NCBI GenBank assembly: GCA_012026655.1
Contig: JAAILG010000471.1
Coordinates: forward strand, 1-64,000
Source of the DNA: Hydrolagus affinis
Lineage: Eukaryota
DNA length: 64,000 bases
Direction: 5' to 3'
The notes under the pieces were generated by a model. The model ran no database searches and was not told where the DNA came from. It worked only from the letters and a program-made list of their open reading frames with translations. Positions 49,477 to 63,818 of the stretch are shown piece by piece (position 1 is the stretch's first letter; every line of letters begins with the position of its first letter). A program made the position numbers and the translations under genes.

Positions 49477-52400
49477 GGAGACCAGAACTTAAGGACTGTT
49501 ATTTTAGAGTAATAATCACCTAGAGTGATACAGCACAGGAATGGACCATTCGGCCCAAACTAATGCGAGCCAATGTTTATACTCAATACAGACCATCACC
49601 TCTCCTCCTATTGCTCTCCTCTCCCATCTCCCTCGTGTATTCATTGAGTTTCCTCTTAAATACACCGATGCATGTTATATATGAAAAACTTTGTTTCAAT
49701 TTTGCACCACACACTGGATCTTTATCAACATCGACAAACAAACAAACACCGCTCAGCGGAGCCCACGTAGGCCAGAGCCTGCTCCAACTCCAACCAATGT
49801 GATTAGGAGTGGGAAGTGCCCATTAGACTTCCTGCTCCTAATTGCTTTACCGTTGGAAGTGAAGCGATCTCACTTTGCTTTCAGCAGGAGAAACCAGTCA
49901 TTCTTCATCCGTGCTACTCACCTTTCCCCCTCCATCCTGCCAACCAGTTTCCCACATGGGGAGATCTTGGCCTCTGTTTGGCTCAGCAATCTCACTACCA
50001 TGCTGCGGGAGGGAGAAGGGGGCCAGCGTGGTTTTTTGGGAGCAGTAGCTCTGCGGAGAAGAACTATGAAACCTATATCCCACCACTCAATGTCACCATG
50101 CACTGGTGCTCTTACTCCCTGTGCCACTGCGTTGCCTGTGACAATGCCACTTTAAAAGGAAATTTGGCTACAGAGGAAACCACTTAAAGTAACAGGCCAT
50201 ATATTCACAAGTAGACCAGACAATGGCTTTTACTAACTGATAGGGGGCTGGGCACTGCAATCCAGGGACCCTCTATTGGAGAACAGGGTTTAAACCAGGA
50301 TATCCTTATTGGGGCTTGTAATGCCTTCCACACACAGACTGATGCACCATCCAGTACAAAGCTCCCCATATCAGATCTTTTAGCCATTTACTGTGATGGA
50401 TGTATAATTGTACTGATCCTGCATTGTAATTTGACCTACTTACATGTTATACTATATCAAAACTGCAATAATGTTTCATCAAAACAAATCACAAGAAGTT
50501 GGAGGTAATAGCACCCCAGAGACATTTTGTTCAAACCTAAATATTGTTGAATGCCAGGTTACATTTAAAGGCAGCTCGATTTCTTCAGTTGTTGTAAGGA
50601 AAGCATAGAAACAATGCAATTGTTTTCACATTCTTCAAGCCAAAACTGTTGAGCAATAAACATTATTGAAACGTTTGTTTGGACCAATTTATGAATGTAT
50701 AATTTCTGGAGATTTTTTAATCCCCACCCCCCCCATCAACCCTGCGTCCATTTTCATTTTCTCTCTAGTCCAGGAAAAAAGTTTCAGCAGAAGCTTGGGG
50801 TTGTGTTGCCTCCACCTGAAATTCTCCAAAAAGGATAATTTCGCAACAACAGCAGCTTGCATTTATATAGCCTTTCACTTGGGGAAGTGCCAAGGAGCAC
50901 TTAAGAGCACTCTGCCATTGTTAAGTTGGATACTGTACAGGGCTCTAAGGAGAAAATGATAATTTGTACCTCCGAACCCTGCATTTTGGGACCCCAAATG
51001 ACTGGGGCAAATCCCCACCACAACAACCAACAACTTACAGTTTATAGCACTTTTCGTGTTGGGAGGATGCCCTAAGATGCTGACCTTATCCACACCCACC
51101 ATTGGGGACCTCTCACCCCAATTATTGGGCCTCACCTTGGGCGGAGAGTGCATATAACATAATCGGTCATTTGCACTCTCCACCCACACACAGAAAAAAA
51201 ACGTAACTTTAAATGAATTTTTTTAATACACTTTGTTTTCAAATGATGATGGTTATGATTGTAACTAAGGTTCTGTGGAAAACATTGAGAAAAATCAGGA
51301 GTTTCAAAAGAAACATAAGAGGTCTGTTTTTGCTAAAGTCAAGAATCGCCAGTGAGGAAGCGTGGAGGAAGTGAGTGAGTGAGTAGGCTGTACTGTATTT
51401 CTCCGTGCCATGGCTCCTGCCTGTTTGATATTTTTTTCCATAGTTTAGTATCTTGGCAGTGGTGCAAATAGCACCCAGTTTTCACTTATCCCTGCTGGCA
51501 GGAAAAGCCTGGTGGGCTACAGAGGAGCCAGACTGGCTGATCAGCGCCCAGCCAGTCGCAGTGGAGATAAGTAAATGCTCAGAGCCCTGACATAAATTAC
51601 TTTAGGCCTTGACAGCAGGACACTGACCAGGGCCAGCTGATAAGGGTAAAGCCTTGCATGTCTCTCTCCTTTTTTACCAAGATATTTAGCAATAGACGTC
51701 ACCAGAAAAGAATAGACAAGTTTCGGTAACCATTAAGCAGCTATATATGTTCCTGTCACCTTGAGAAAAGGGAGGTATTAATGGAGCTTTCTTTCTCTAT
51801 TGCACTAAACCGCCTGCCAGTTTCTTCATCTGCACACAGTGGAGATTCTTAATTGCTGCTACAGTACCTACACTGGGATCTGAACATTTTAAAGGGGCAG
51901 CCTCCTAGTCTAATGCAAGTTCTTGCCAATGTGGTCTACCACAGAGGTTTAACTGAAACTGTTTGCTTATTCAGACAGTGTGGACACTGCTGTGTTTACT
52001 GCAGTTTAAGGTGCGTGATTCAGGGTAAGGACACTTAGGAGCCTTCATAATGTGCCAACCTCTTCAAATGTTAAAGCTGTCGCTTAAGAGAAAAGCTCAG
52101 TTGCCTTAGCCTTGATGAAAAGCCCACTAGCGTTAGGTGAACCAAACTGGCAACCTTCCTGATTCATCACATCGTAGATTAACATGCGATGATTTTGAAT
52201 GGTTCTACTTATTAAATGGGTCTCTTCTGTGCATTACGGGGGTAATAAGAAGGGAGGTGCCCAGGATTAGTCATTGCCACTACACATATGAGCAATGTTT
52301 TGTCTCAGTATTGAAGCAGGAGAGGGTTTATGTGTTTAGACTTAGATTCCTAGGAAGCACCTTGAGACATTTTGACAACGTGATAAGGCACCAAATTAAT

Positions 52401-54566
52401 TTCAAGGCTTACTACTCAGAATTATAACACATCGCGGGTAAAATATTCCCCAACATGTTGTGATGCAAACTTCCTCTACAAAATTTAAAATAAAGTGTCA
52501 AAGTGCTTGATTTTGTTTTAACATTTTCAATCTTTGGCCCTTGTTTAAGGGGCAGTAGGTTATTTCCTCCCGTTTAGATTACTATTATATGTGTTACTTC
52601 CCTGTCTCTCCACTATCCGCCTTAGAGTCTGCTGTACAGGACAGAATGGGTCACACGTACACAAGCCCTTTGGTGTGACCCAATAACTGCTCTATATTGT
52701 AGAGAGAACAGGTCAGATCCCCTCTTGAGATACTTTTCCGTCACTGACACTAACACTTCACTTAACAACTCAGCCTGAAAAGGACAAAACCAGGGGGAGC
52801 TTTATTTAACCAGTAGTCAATGTAGCTATTGAGTCCAGGCACTTCTAATAAGCCCTCGATCATTACCACAACAGGCCTCTTCATCTCAAAGTACTGATAG
52901 CCCTGGTGGGAATGAGTTCAAAAATCATTGCAATCCCCAAAATACTAGCCAATGTTAACTTTAATTTCCTCCCTGCCTCGGGTTCAAGCTCCCTTCAGCC
53001 CACAGTCTAAGGCCAGAAGTTTCCAACCAGTTGCTTCATGGCTATTTGTCAAATATCGTTGTGTCCAAATTGGCTGCTGCATTTGCCTACAATTACACAG
53101 TCACTACACTTTGCAGTAAATCCTGTGAAGTGCTTTGAGATGTCTTGATGATGTGATAAGGTGCTACATCAAATTGAAAGATTAATATGTTTCAGATTCT
53201 CAGCATCTGTAGCATTTTGTGTTTTGAAACATTAATATTATTGATGGACTTGTGGGGAGGGAAGATTGCCAATGTAAAGCAATGAAAAGTCAGAAGATCC
53301 TCCAGCATGGAGGTCTCTATTGGACGATCTTCGGTTGAGCTGAATTTACACAGAACAAGATTCAACACTGATGCAAGCCATTGTCAATGTGCATATGGTC
53401 TTAATAGTTCCGAGTTCAAAAAAAGTATGCATTGGAAACTTCCCACAAGACCATTGCTGGAAATCAACGCTCCCATTAGTTCTGGGGAACAATATTGAAT
53501 GAGGGGTGATCAGATTTAATTTTCTCTTCCCACACTCTTCGCATTTCAGAAATAGAAAGCAGTGGTTCCACCATGTTACCCAAGAAAAGGCTTTGCTTTG
53601 AAGTCCAGCTTTTTGGCAAAAAGAAAAAACACAGACGGCCTCCTCCCTCAAATATATAAACCCCGCAAATCCCTTTGAAAATATGTTTAATAGAGTGATA
53701 AACACTCTGCTTATAATACCAGACTACACATGCAATATTTAAACCATTTCCAGAGCTGTGGTTTTCTGGTATATCTGAGCTGTTTCAGATCTGAGAAGCA
53801 GATGCTTCTTTAATGTAATGTTATGAGAGGGGAGTATCTCCCAGTGTCCTGGCCAAAAATTATCCAGATACATTGATCATTCACTTCATGATTGTTTGTG
53901 GAACCTTGCTGGGAGCAAAATGGCAGCCAATTACACCCATTAAAAATGACACTGGGCTCCATTTGCTGCAAATCTCTTTGAGATACCAAGTTCATTCAAC
54001 AGTAACAATTTGTCACACAATTTTGCAATAATCTGAGTTTGAAGAGCCTGCATAAACGGCACCATATAAATAAAATTTGTTTGTTGTTGTCATGCCATTC
54101 CCCTCACCCACTCTTCGCCACCCCCACCCCCCACCCCCCACCCCCCATTTCTAAGTGTGTAGTTCATGCCTGAAACTCTCTGTCCCTGAAGCCGTTTTGA
54201 AAATAAGACTCTCCTTGCCAGCTAACGCACAGGAATGTTACTTGAAACGGCCTTGGTATAAATTACACTGGAGCCGTGCAACAGTCAGCCTTCAGCCATG
54301 GCACGTTCGCTCTCAAAGAGCTCTCCATCATGCCCTTCAAGAGTAAGTGTTTGTGTTTGGAAATAGAGAGGAATGAAGTCAGAGGAGAAGGTGGGCCTAT
54401 CCCCAGAGTGAATTTATTGAGGCCAAGTAATATTTCTCAACATGTCAGAGGCACAAGTCTTGTGTTGTTATCACCATGTTGAACAGACTGTAACGACAGA
54501 GTTTCCCTGCTCAGAGCTGTGCTTCCTTCAAGTCTCTTGGGTACATCAAATTCCCACTGCCGTATC

Positions 54567-54871
54567 ATAATAATAATCCTTGCATTTGATATGGCGCTTC
54601 TCACGTCTTCTAGACATCTCAAAGCGCTCCACAGAATATAATGTAAAGTGAATTGACTGCGTATTTGTGGGCGAAACGCGGCAGCCAATTGCGCACAGCA
54701 GTGTTCCACAAACAGTCGTGGATTGAAATGACCAATTTAGTATTTTTTGATGGATTATTATTGTGCATGTGGAGTAAGGAAACTTGCTCAAGGTTTCACC
54801 CTACCTGGATTCGAACACATGTCTCACGCTTGTAAGGCGAGCGCTCTTACCACTGAGCTACAGGACTCCAC
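54567..54871 (-). mobile_element. Young tRNA-headed SINE, full length
   Basis: Reverse complement of the family sequence. Confidence 0.9.
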
Positions 54872-55813
54872 AATATCACCAGGACTATGGTGGTATCCTG
54901 AGCCAGCTGGTTTGTTATATTACACACACGCCAGTTTAGACACTAGACTAATACACAGTATCTGGAGAAAGGTAAGTTTTATAGTTGTGCAAGTATGCAG
55001 AAGAAACTAAATCAAAGGACACCATATAATGCAAGATGTTGTTATTATTGTCGAGAAAGAATATTTTGGATGGTGGAGGGAGGAGGAAACACACATATTG
55101 AGATTTATAGGATGCTTTAATAATTTGTAGGATACTTTAGAAAGTGAAATGGACATAGGGAGCTCAGACTGTTCAAAGTCAATTGGTGAACAGGGAGTTT
55201 GGAAGAGACATTATAGAAGATATCTTTACACCAAAATGACAGATGTTTAGAATAATCTACCAGCCCAGGTAATATAAGCAGTGATCTAGGAGTTATTCTC
55301 AATCTTGTATTGAACCAGAGCAGAAACCTACGGTATACATGAAGCACCAAAGCCTGGGTACAAATTTGCCTGAATTAGCTAATCTTACATTACTATTAGT
55401 GTTTAAGTATTGTCTGCAGCTGATTGCACTTGCAGCATGATAATGTTGAAACGAGTCTCTAACATGGTGAATTCCCAGTTACAGTCAGATGCCATGTTAC
55501 AGAGCGCAGACATGTGTTGGCTTGCTAACTTGTTCAGAATTGTCAAATACTTCGGTCACGTGAACCGTGCAACTGAAATTGATAAGTTAGGTGGGGTTAA
55601 AGCCGTGGAACAAGCAAAGTGGTGCCGTTTTGCATATCTGCTCTTTGATCTCTTTGCTCAAACGTCACGGTGCAGCAAATATGTGCAGGGCAGGGCAGGG
55701 CGCACACCAACCCAACGCTCCAACAGGCCAAAACAGAAAACACGAGAGAAGCTTGCACTGCACAACACTGTTCTGCTGATTGGCTCCACTCACACACCCA
55801 GTACATGACAGGC

Positions 55814-56171
55814 AATAATAAAAATAATAATAATAATAATGCTTGCGTTTCATATAGCGCCTTATCACATTGTTGCGATGCCTTAAAGTGCTTAACGGAA
55901 TATATTGTAAAGTGGTTTGACTGTATTTTGTGGGCAAAGGTGACAGCCACAGCAGTATTCCACAAACAAAGGTGGGTTGAGCGATGACATTTTTATTTCG
56001 AGGGATTATTACCCCCTCGAGTAAGCCATCGTCTTACTCATTGCTAGGTAAACAGAGGCGTACTACATAGTACTTAGTATTTGCCTAAAGTTTCACTCTG
56101 CCCGTGAATTGAACCCAGGTTCTTTCGCTTGTGAGGCGAGTGCGCTAAACCACTAAGCTATGGGAATCCAC
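55814..56171 (-). mobile_element. Long-form tRNA-headed SINE, full length
   Basis: tRNA-Val-like head (tcgcctcacaagcgaaag), gcctctgtttacctagca module and shared tail. Confidence 0.8.
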
Positions 56172-56654
56172 GCAGGTATTAGATGGAAGGTGCAAGGTTA
56201 TGGCACCCCTCTCCCACCCCAGCAGTTCCCTCCTTTATACCAGTCAGATCATCAGGTTCCTGCCACTCCCACAGAGAGGGTAGATACTCTTGAGAAACCT
56301 CCAGATTTATCACCTCTGGAAAGAGATGCTGCTCTTTTCCAGTGGAGTCTGCTGCCTGTCAGCATGGAGCCCCCTTATCTCTTCAAAACATTTATTTAAC
56401 CCTTTGTCTTACAGGTCCTGGAACAATGAGTGCAATCACTGTGTTTTCTGACTGCAGGAGTTACCCCTGAGGAATTGTAATGTTTGTTTACTACCATTTC
56501 CCAATCATGACCCTAAAAAAAAATCTTCTTGTTAGTTTCCAAGTGACTCACACCCTAAGGTCACTGTATAGTCTTGTGATAATGCTGCTCAATATTTTGC
56601 TTGTATGTTTTATCCGTGTTTTTCTTTGAAAAATAAAACTTTATGTTTTACTAA

Positions 56655-57005
56655 TAAATAATAAACGCAATAATACTTTGATTTGGTACCAGCATCTTTT
56701 ACATCAGGAGGGCATCTCAAAGTGCTTCGCAGCATTTACTGCAAAGTGTAGTGACGGTAATTTGTGAATGAAACTCAACAGCCAAGTTATGCACAGCAAT
56801 GTCCCACAAACAGCCATGATGTGAAGTGACTGATTTTATGTGCGAGGTTAGTTGTTGATTGACTTCAAAATTAAGAATGACTTTAACGATTTGCTATCAA
56901 TAAAAACAATAATAAAATGCAAATTCCCTTTTTTTAAAAAAAACAGTACCATAGGATCTTTGTCTACATGAACAGGCAGGCGAGACCTCAGTTTAACATC
57001 TCACC
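56655..57005 (-). mobile_element. Deu-domain SINE
   Basis: Reverse tail and core (aacaggcaggcgagacctcagtttaacatctca). Confidence 0.65.
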
Positions 57006-60000
57006 CAATGGCCTGCAATGTGATCTTGTGACGTGCACTTGATGCACGGTATTATGAGATGTCTCGGTACTTTGGAGCTAAAGTGAGCTCAGCAAAGTCT
57101 GAATCTTACATTGACAGAGGAGTAGGGATTTCATGTGAGGAGATAATATCCGGGAAGAATACTGGGTCTAAATTGACTCTATTTATGTAGCATTTTAGAG
57201 TGTTCACAACTTGGCAAATTGTTGAATTCAGTCTTAAAGAGTTTGCCAAATTCTGGATGATGTAGACTTATCAAAAGAGTAAATCGAGATCCAGGTGGAA
57301 TTTGTCCCCTACAAGTGCCACATCACTTTAGACTATAAGCATTGCACTGCAGTGATTCACTTTACTAGATTTAAGATATCATCTTACAATCACTCCTTCT
57401 TCTTACCCTGGCTTGAAGGGAATCAGTTGCTTTTGTGCTATAATTATGGTAAAGGGTGTTGCCTTGTGTTGCTGTTGTCGAGCTAGGCTATAAAATGCCT
57501 GACATAGCACAGGGGAATCCACTAGAAAATTAGTCACACAACACACTGCATTTGTATATCTGAGTTATATTTTGCCCACAAAATATAGTCAATCCACTTT
57601 ACAAGATATTCTGTGAAGTGCTTTGAGATGTCTCAATGACATGATAAGGCGCTATATCAAATGCTGTATAAGGATTATTATTATGACAATTACACTTCTT
57701 GGCACACTGGTAGAGTTTGAGGAAACCGTAGATTTTAAGCTATATTTCTGGGTCTAAAACATTGCACAAGTCATGAACATGATTGGAGTCTGGAGCCACT
57801 GGGTCCTGTATTCCAGCCATTTCTTTTGAAGAGCTTTTTAGCTGATGGGGCAGAAAAAACATTCACCCCAGTTATGAAGCTGAGACAGACTTTGTGCTGC
57901 CTCCTTACTGCCAGCAATAGTGATTTCTGCTCTGAACTTCCAAAAATCATCTGTTTGAATATTCCAATCCATCATATATTGACAGTGGCAGAAAAATATA
58001 CATGTGGTAGGAATCGTGCATTAAGCACCTACCAGCAATGCATACTTCATCCCCGGGAGAAATACACAGACTGTCTGGCTAAGCATTACAGCGTTGACTA
58101 CTTCTCTGATGGAAAGTTACTTCAGATTTAACCCAACACAAATCTGTTAGAAAAGTGAACGGAAGAGCTTGAATTTTTACACCACGTCGAAACGCCTCAA
58201 ATTAATCATTCACTTCATGGCTGTTTGTGGTACATTGCCGTGTGTAAATTGTCAGCTGTGTTTGCCTATGAATTATACAGTCACTATACTCTACGATACA
58301 TCCTGTAAAATGCATTAAGATGTTTCGATGGTGTAAGATGCTATATAAAATGCAAGGGTTATTACCATTGCAGAATAGAATCTGCGCACAACAGAATAAA
58401 AGGAGGAATGTAAATCAAGCCTTTATTTTACAACTGTCCAAATAGGGTATGGTATCCCTCAATTCTTTTAAGGACCAGCTCCTTTGTTGTTAGATAACAG
58501 TACGAAATAAGGGCAGTCTTCATTACTTTAACCACTGCAAGCGTGTGTTGTGTGCTTTCTGGGCGTTCTACAGGCTTTAACACTAGAAACGTCCTTTCAC
58601 ACACTCACTGCAATAGAAGATATTGTGGGTATGTGGTAATAGTTTCCAAGAGTCTAGCCATAGGAAAGCTTTGCATGCTTTGGCAATGCCATCATCATAC
58701 CTGGCAATGATCACTCAACACTGCCTGTCCTCCTTCCATCATTGCATTCAATGTTAGCACAACATGATAACATAAGACTGTCATTTCCATTCCAACTGTG
58801 ACAAAGTAGCGCCAAATCCCACATCACAAAGCAACTCTACAAACGCTGCTGGAACAAAAGATTGAATAATGACGAGTAGCATTCGAGGGAGAGTTGTTTG
58901 AAAGGATTGTTCCCTTTTTGTGTCAGTCAAAATTTAGATGCAATAAACCCTCAGAGTGTTGGTGATAAGCCATTTCATCTCAGTACAATTGCATTGCTAG
59001 CGCTCTGGACAAGATACATTGCATAATGATTTACAAAAGCATCTACCGTTCATATCTATAATGGAAACTGCTGAGATGATCGGGCCCCAAATATCGATAG
59101 GATAGTAATTCAGCCTTATCCATCCAGCCCCCAATTTTGAATGATTAGAGACTGACATGTACCTTCAGTCGATAGTGGAACCTGAGAGACTTGGGTGCAC
59201 AGGTAAGTAAAGTGTTTCAACATCGTAAACATCAGAATAAAAGTGAGGGGCAAAGGTGTAGAATGGGGTTAGTTGGTAGCTAAGGACGAATTAATACAGC
59301 AACAGAGTTAAAATAATATAAAACAGAACACAGATTTGGAGGAAAAGATGGACACAGAAGCAAAGATTTTTAAGGTTAAAAACCAATAGTATCACCCCCG
59401 ATGATATCCATAGCATTTTGTTAAAAGGGCAGGTCTTTCATGTACTGCAAACTAGGTTGAGATTCTCAATCATTTTAGAATAAAACAGGATTGACTAATT
59501 GATCCAATTGTAGTCAACTACAAAATAAATTTAATTTAACCCTATTTAACCAGTTGACGGCAAATTATTTAATGCTACACTATTTAGTAAATTGCGTGAA
59601 GCGGCCTGAGACAGTCACTGTATGCAAAAGGTGCTCTACCAAATGTGAGGTTTATTAATTATTATCAATAGTATTTATTACTATTATTTTTCTACTTTCA
59701 GAGCCTTCTAGATTGTAGTCATATTATAGGCATACAAGTCATATTATTTGTACAGTTAGTTTACTGCTTATACAGATTGGCCAAAAGTTGTGATACCATT
59801 AAAATGTCTAATAAACATTGAAGAGATTATGAGTTTTTTGAGATAATAGGGTAGTTATCACCCTGTAGCTTTGACATTACTTCTTTACATGTTATTTCAC
59901 AACCAGTCACATTTGCAAGGCAATAAAGCTGGCTTGAAAACGCCAATGAGCTTCAAATAGAAAAGAGAGTTCCCTCCCTCTCCCATTGTCTTTCAACAAC

Positions 60001-62084
60001 TTGTCTATCTTGCCAGCCAACAAAAAGGCAGGGAAAATATGACAGACGTAATTTCCTGTACAGCAGGGATCTGAGTAAACGAGTTATCCAGTCTTTCCAT
60101 CAGCACTTTTACTTTACAATTGGTGCCAAATATGCAGCTCTGGCACCACTATATTGGCTCCATTTAACTTCACCCTATTGAGGGCCCGAGCTCTGCAAAC
60201 AAGGTCATAAACCCAATACAACCTGAAAATCGGTAAGGAAAAGAGAAGGGAGTTTCTCCCACTGTCCCGGTCAAGAATTCCCCGTAATAATATTATTTGT
60301 TCACTTATGGGAGACATTGCTTTGTGCTTAATGCTACTACAAATTGACATTTCACCTCGTCAACAAAGGCCTCAAATTCCACTGAATCACAACCCGTGAG
60401 AGCAGTTTGTCTCAAAATTTAAAACTGGTGTGGAACTGTACAAATTTCTTAAATTCAGTTTTTATTTGGCAGTTCATTTTCTGCAGTTCTTTAAAAGTAG
60501 CAAGTTTCCAAATTCGGCTAAATTGAAGAATTTTACAGGCTAATCCTAGGAAGAACTTTAGGCTGTAAATGCATTGCCATTGATGCCCCCGGAGTTAAAA
60601 TGTACACTAAATTGAAATGCCTGGAATTTTAAAATTGTAGCACACAATAGCTGTGGAATGGAAGCTGTTCAATTAAACAGATGCTTCTGCTATCTGCTCC
60701 TAAAAATGTCTTCAACCTCAGGACGTGTTATTACTGTCTGCCAACTCACTCACTAACAACACACACAACACAGTGGTGTGGCAGCTTGCAAATGTAGATG
60801 CTTAGAGCAGGTTAATAACAAATGGCCATTTCTAGACTGGGCAACCTGGACTTGACCTTTTAGGTCCTGACTCTGTGGAGCCTTCCTGATCATTCCACCC
60901 TACAGGAACCCCTGTCAAAGGCACTGATTGATGGTTTCGCTGGGGCAGGGGGGATATCTCAAGGAACAGACATTCACCAAAAGGGGAGAGAAAGCAATCA
61001 GAGGCCCCGTTTTTTTGCGATAAACAGATTATAATTGAGTGTTAATGCGGCGCAACCAATCTAAACATAGAGGGTTTGATTTGTAAACTTTCACAGCAAC
61101 ACCAAAAGTTATTTTACAACTTGCTTTTGGCAATAGAAACTGTTTCCCCACACTCTTGTGCTCAAATGCTACTTTCAGTTAATTATCAAGTGTTAACACA
61201 GTGTGTGACTGTGCCAGTTACAGGCATTGCAGATTAGAATTAGAAAAGGTCAGTCTGGCACAAACACTATCATTTTCAACTTTTTGGATTGGTGCAAAAC
61301 AGTCCAGTGACACAAGATATAAATTATTTTCTTTCTCAGAGCTGGATGAAACTATGGGGAAATTGCAAACACCGATGGAAAATAAATTAAATGAAAAACC
61401 TTGCATGGGTTTCTTTGGTCCACTTGATGTGACTGGAAAGTGGCTTCAATAAGTTGTGGTATCTGGATAAACGGCAAGCAAAGTGGCTGGGATTGCAGGG
61501 AGGTGATGAGGTCTATATATGGTTCAATTATTAAAATGGAGTGTGTGGGGAGGGGGCATGTGGGGTGTTGGTCACTTCAATCCATGCCTATTTATGAGAT
61601 ACTGCTGTGCACAACTGGCTGCCACATTTCTCCCACAAAACATACAATCAATTCACTTTATAGTACTGTATATTCAGTGAAATGCTTTGAGACATCTCAA
61701 AGACAATGTTGTTAAGGCTCTATATTATTTAAGGATTATTTTTGGTTAGTGCGAAGCCTCGTTTTATGCAGCCACGTGTGCGTTTGTGATTAACATTATT
61801 TTAAATGTCAAGTAACCAGGAAGAAAATGTCAGGAAGAAAATAGCCTTGCACAGTACCATGCCTGAGGTTGTTTCCTCCTTTGCCTTAAAAGCAAAGGAT
61901 TGTTTGCCTTTTTCAAGTGAGGTCAAGTGAGCATCAGCTTATTTAACAAATTGATAGTTTCTCAAAAATTGCACCGCTCACTTCTTACTGGGTTGAGTTG
62001 GCAATAAGTGTCTCTGCTGGCTGTTCCTTTAATGTTACCTCTTCTCCTCTGTCAATGACACAAAAAGCAAACAAAAAAAATTGA

Positions 62085-62160
62085 GTTGAGGCACAAATCA
62101 GCCATGATCTAATAGAATGGCAGAACAAGCTCAAGGGTCTGAACAGCCTACTTTGCTATG
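62085..62160 (+). mobile_element. CR1 3' terminus
   Basis: atcagccatgatctaatagaatggcagaacaagctcaagggtctgaacagcctact. Confidence 0.7.
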
Positions 62161-62639
62161 TTACTACTGTATATTTTCAAAGGATAAGTGGAATAAGAGT
62201 TAATTCACTTATGTTGCAGCCAAATCTATTTAACTGTGAAATGTGCAGTGGAGTGCATTGTTCAAACTCTGTAAATGGGTTAAAATCTATTAATTACTTC
62301 AAGGATCAAGCCCCATTGTCTTTATAGTTGTGTCATGCTTTAACACTAAAATTTCCACCAGTGAATGGTAGCAGCACAGAAATAATGTTAAAGGATCATC
62401 AACTCATCACCACTGCTTGTCATTTGTGTGAAGATGGCAGCCTATTATTTCCTCTTCCCAGAGTCCTGGTCAACAATCTGCTAGCTAAAGTTGGCCATTC
62501 GCTTCATGGCTATTCGTAGAGCTTTGCAGTATGCAAATTGCCCACTATGTTCCCCTACAAAATACACAGTCACTCCAGTTTACTGTAAATCCCATGAAAC
62601 GCTTTGAGACATCCTCTCGTCAAACGCAAGGATTGTGAT

Positions 62640-62758
62640 AAAACGTGAAATAATGCAGATGCTGGGAATCTGAAATAAAAATAGAGATCTCTTGGAACAC
62701 TCAGCAGGTCAGGCAGCATCTACCGAGACAACAAAAGTGGGTCAACGTTTCAGGTCCA
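62640..62758 (-). mobile_element. Second Penelope-like terminal fragment
   Basis: Reverse complement gacctgaaacgttgac ... gatgctgcctgacctgctgagtg ... atttcagattcccagcatctgca matches 24611-24725. Confidence 0.7.
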
Positions 62759-63818
62759 GAACAGATTATTATAACTATTACCATTATTCCTAGCCTGGGG
62801 TAGTCCTGTTTGGAGCGTGAAATGCCGATGGCATGCTTGGGAACGCCTAAATTATCCATAAAACCACAACAGTTCGATTACCACACCCGGCTGTGTAATA
62901 TCCCCTGGCTAACAAAAAAATCTACAAAATGCTGGAAAAGTGCCCTGACCAAATATTTTAAACCATTGCTCAATGTAACCTGCAATAGAACAAACCTCAT
63001 TTCCTGTTATTAACCAAGAAGGATTTTTTTTGCTGCTTTGACAATGATTGACTCCCACACTCGAATTGCACTTTGGTTTATGAAGCGCTGCACTTTGGTA
63101 GAGTATCTTTAAACTCAAGTGAACATGTGGAACCAGTGACCATTGATTGACCTGCTGGCAGTTTTTCCCGTAAAAGGACACTAAATTATTTTCACCTTGT
63201 TGGGAGGTGGGTTTGGGTTGGAACTCTGAACTAGATCTGGGTGTGAACTTCGCTTCTGGATTTTCTGAATGAGAGATTAAGACTGGATTTGGATTTGATT
63301 GCATCAACAACATTATGCGGCTCAGTATTCTGTTTTAAGACAATCTTCCCAACAATATACTGGCTAAACTCTAAAGCCCTATTAATCTTACCTGACAAAT
63401 GTGTGTTGTCTGAAGTGAGCAGATTCAGGGAATGAAATGAAAATACATTTGAATTCAATCAGTAACCATTCTGTAAGAACAGTCCGAGGACTTTCTGTTT
63501 GGCTCAAGATCTGAGAATGGATATATCCAGATTTAATTTGCAATCATTTTATTTCCCTGTTTTCCTACTAAAAAGATCTATACAATCTCTGCTGTTCTCA
63601 GTAGAGAGGATGGGGATAGACCAGCTGATAGGAATTTCTACAAACTCTTAATGCAGCTCCCTGGCCAACTCGGCTCAGTAAACTGATCTCCTGTCACTGC
63701 CAACACTGGTGCAAAGCCACACTAAAAACATAGGTCGAACTCCAAATCCGTTTATTGCTTACTGGTGCTTTAACCCATTATATCAGCTGAACAGGAACAT
63801 TTCATAACTATAGATATC

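Noticed and set aside
56160-56399. PPDLSPLE resembling the Tc1 SPDLNPIE motif
   Set aside because: Flanking residues do not match a transposase and there are no TIRs.
61200-61240. Minus-strand ICNAC peptide resembling a GATA zinc finger
   Set aside because: In-frame stop just upstream and no GLY or first CxxC; coincidence.
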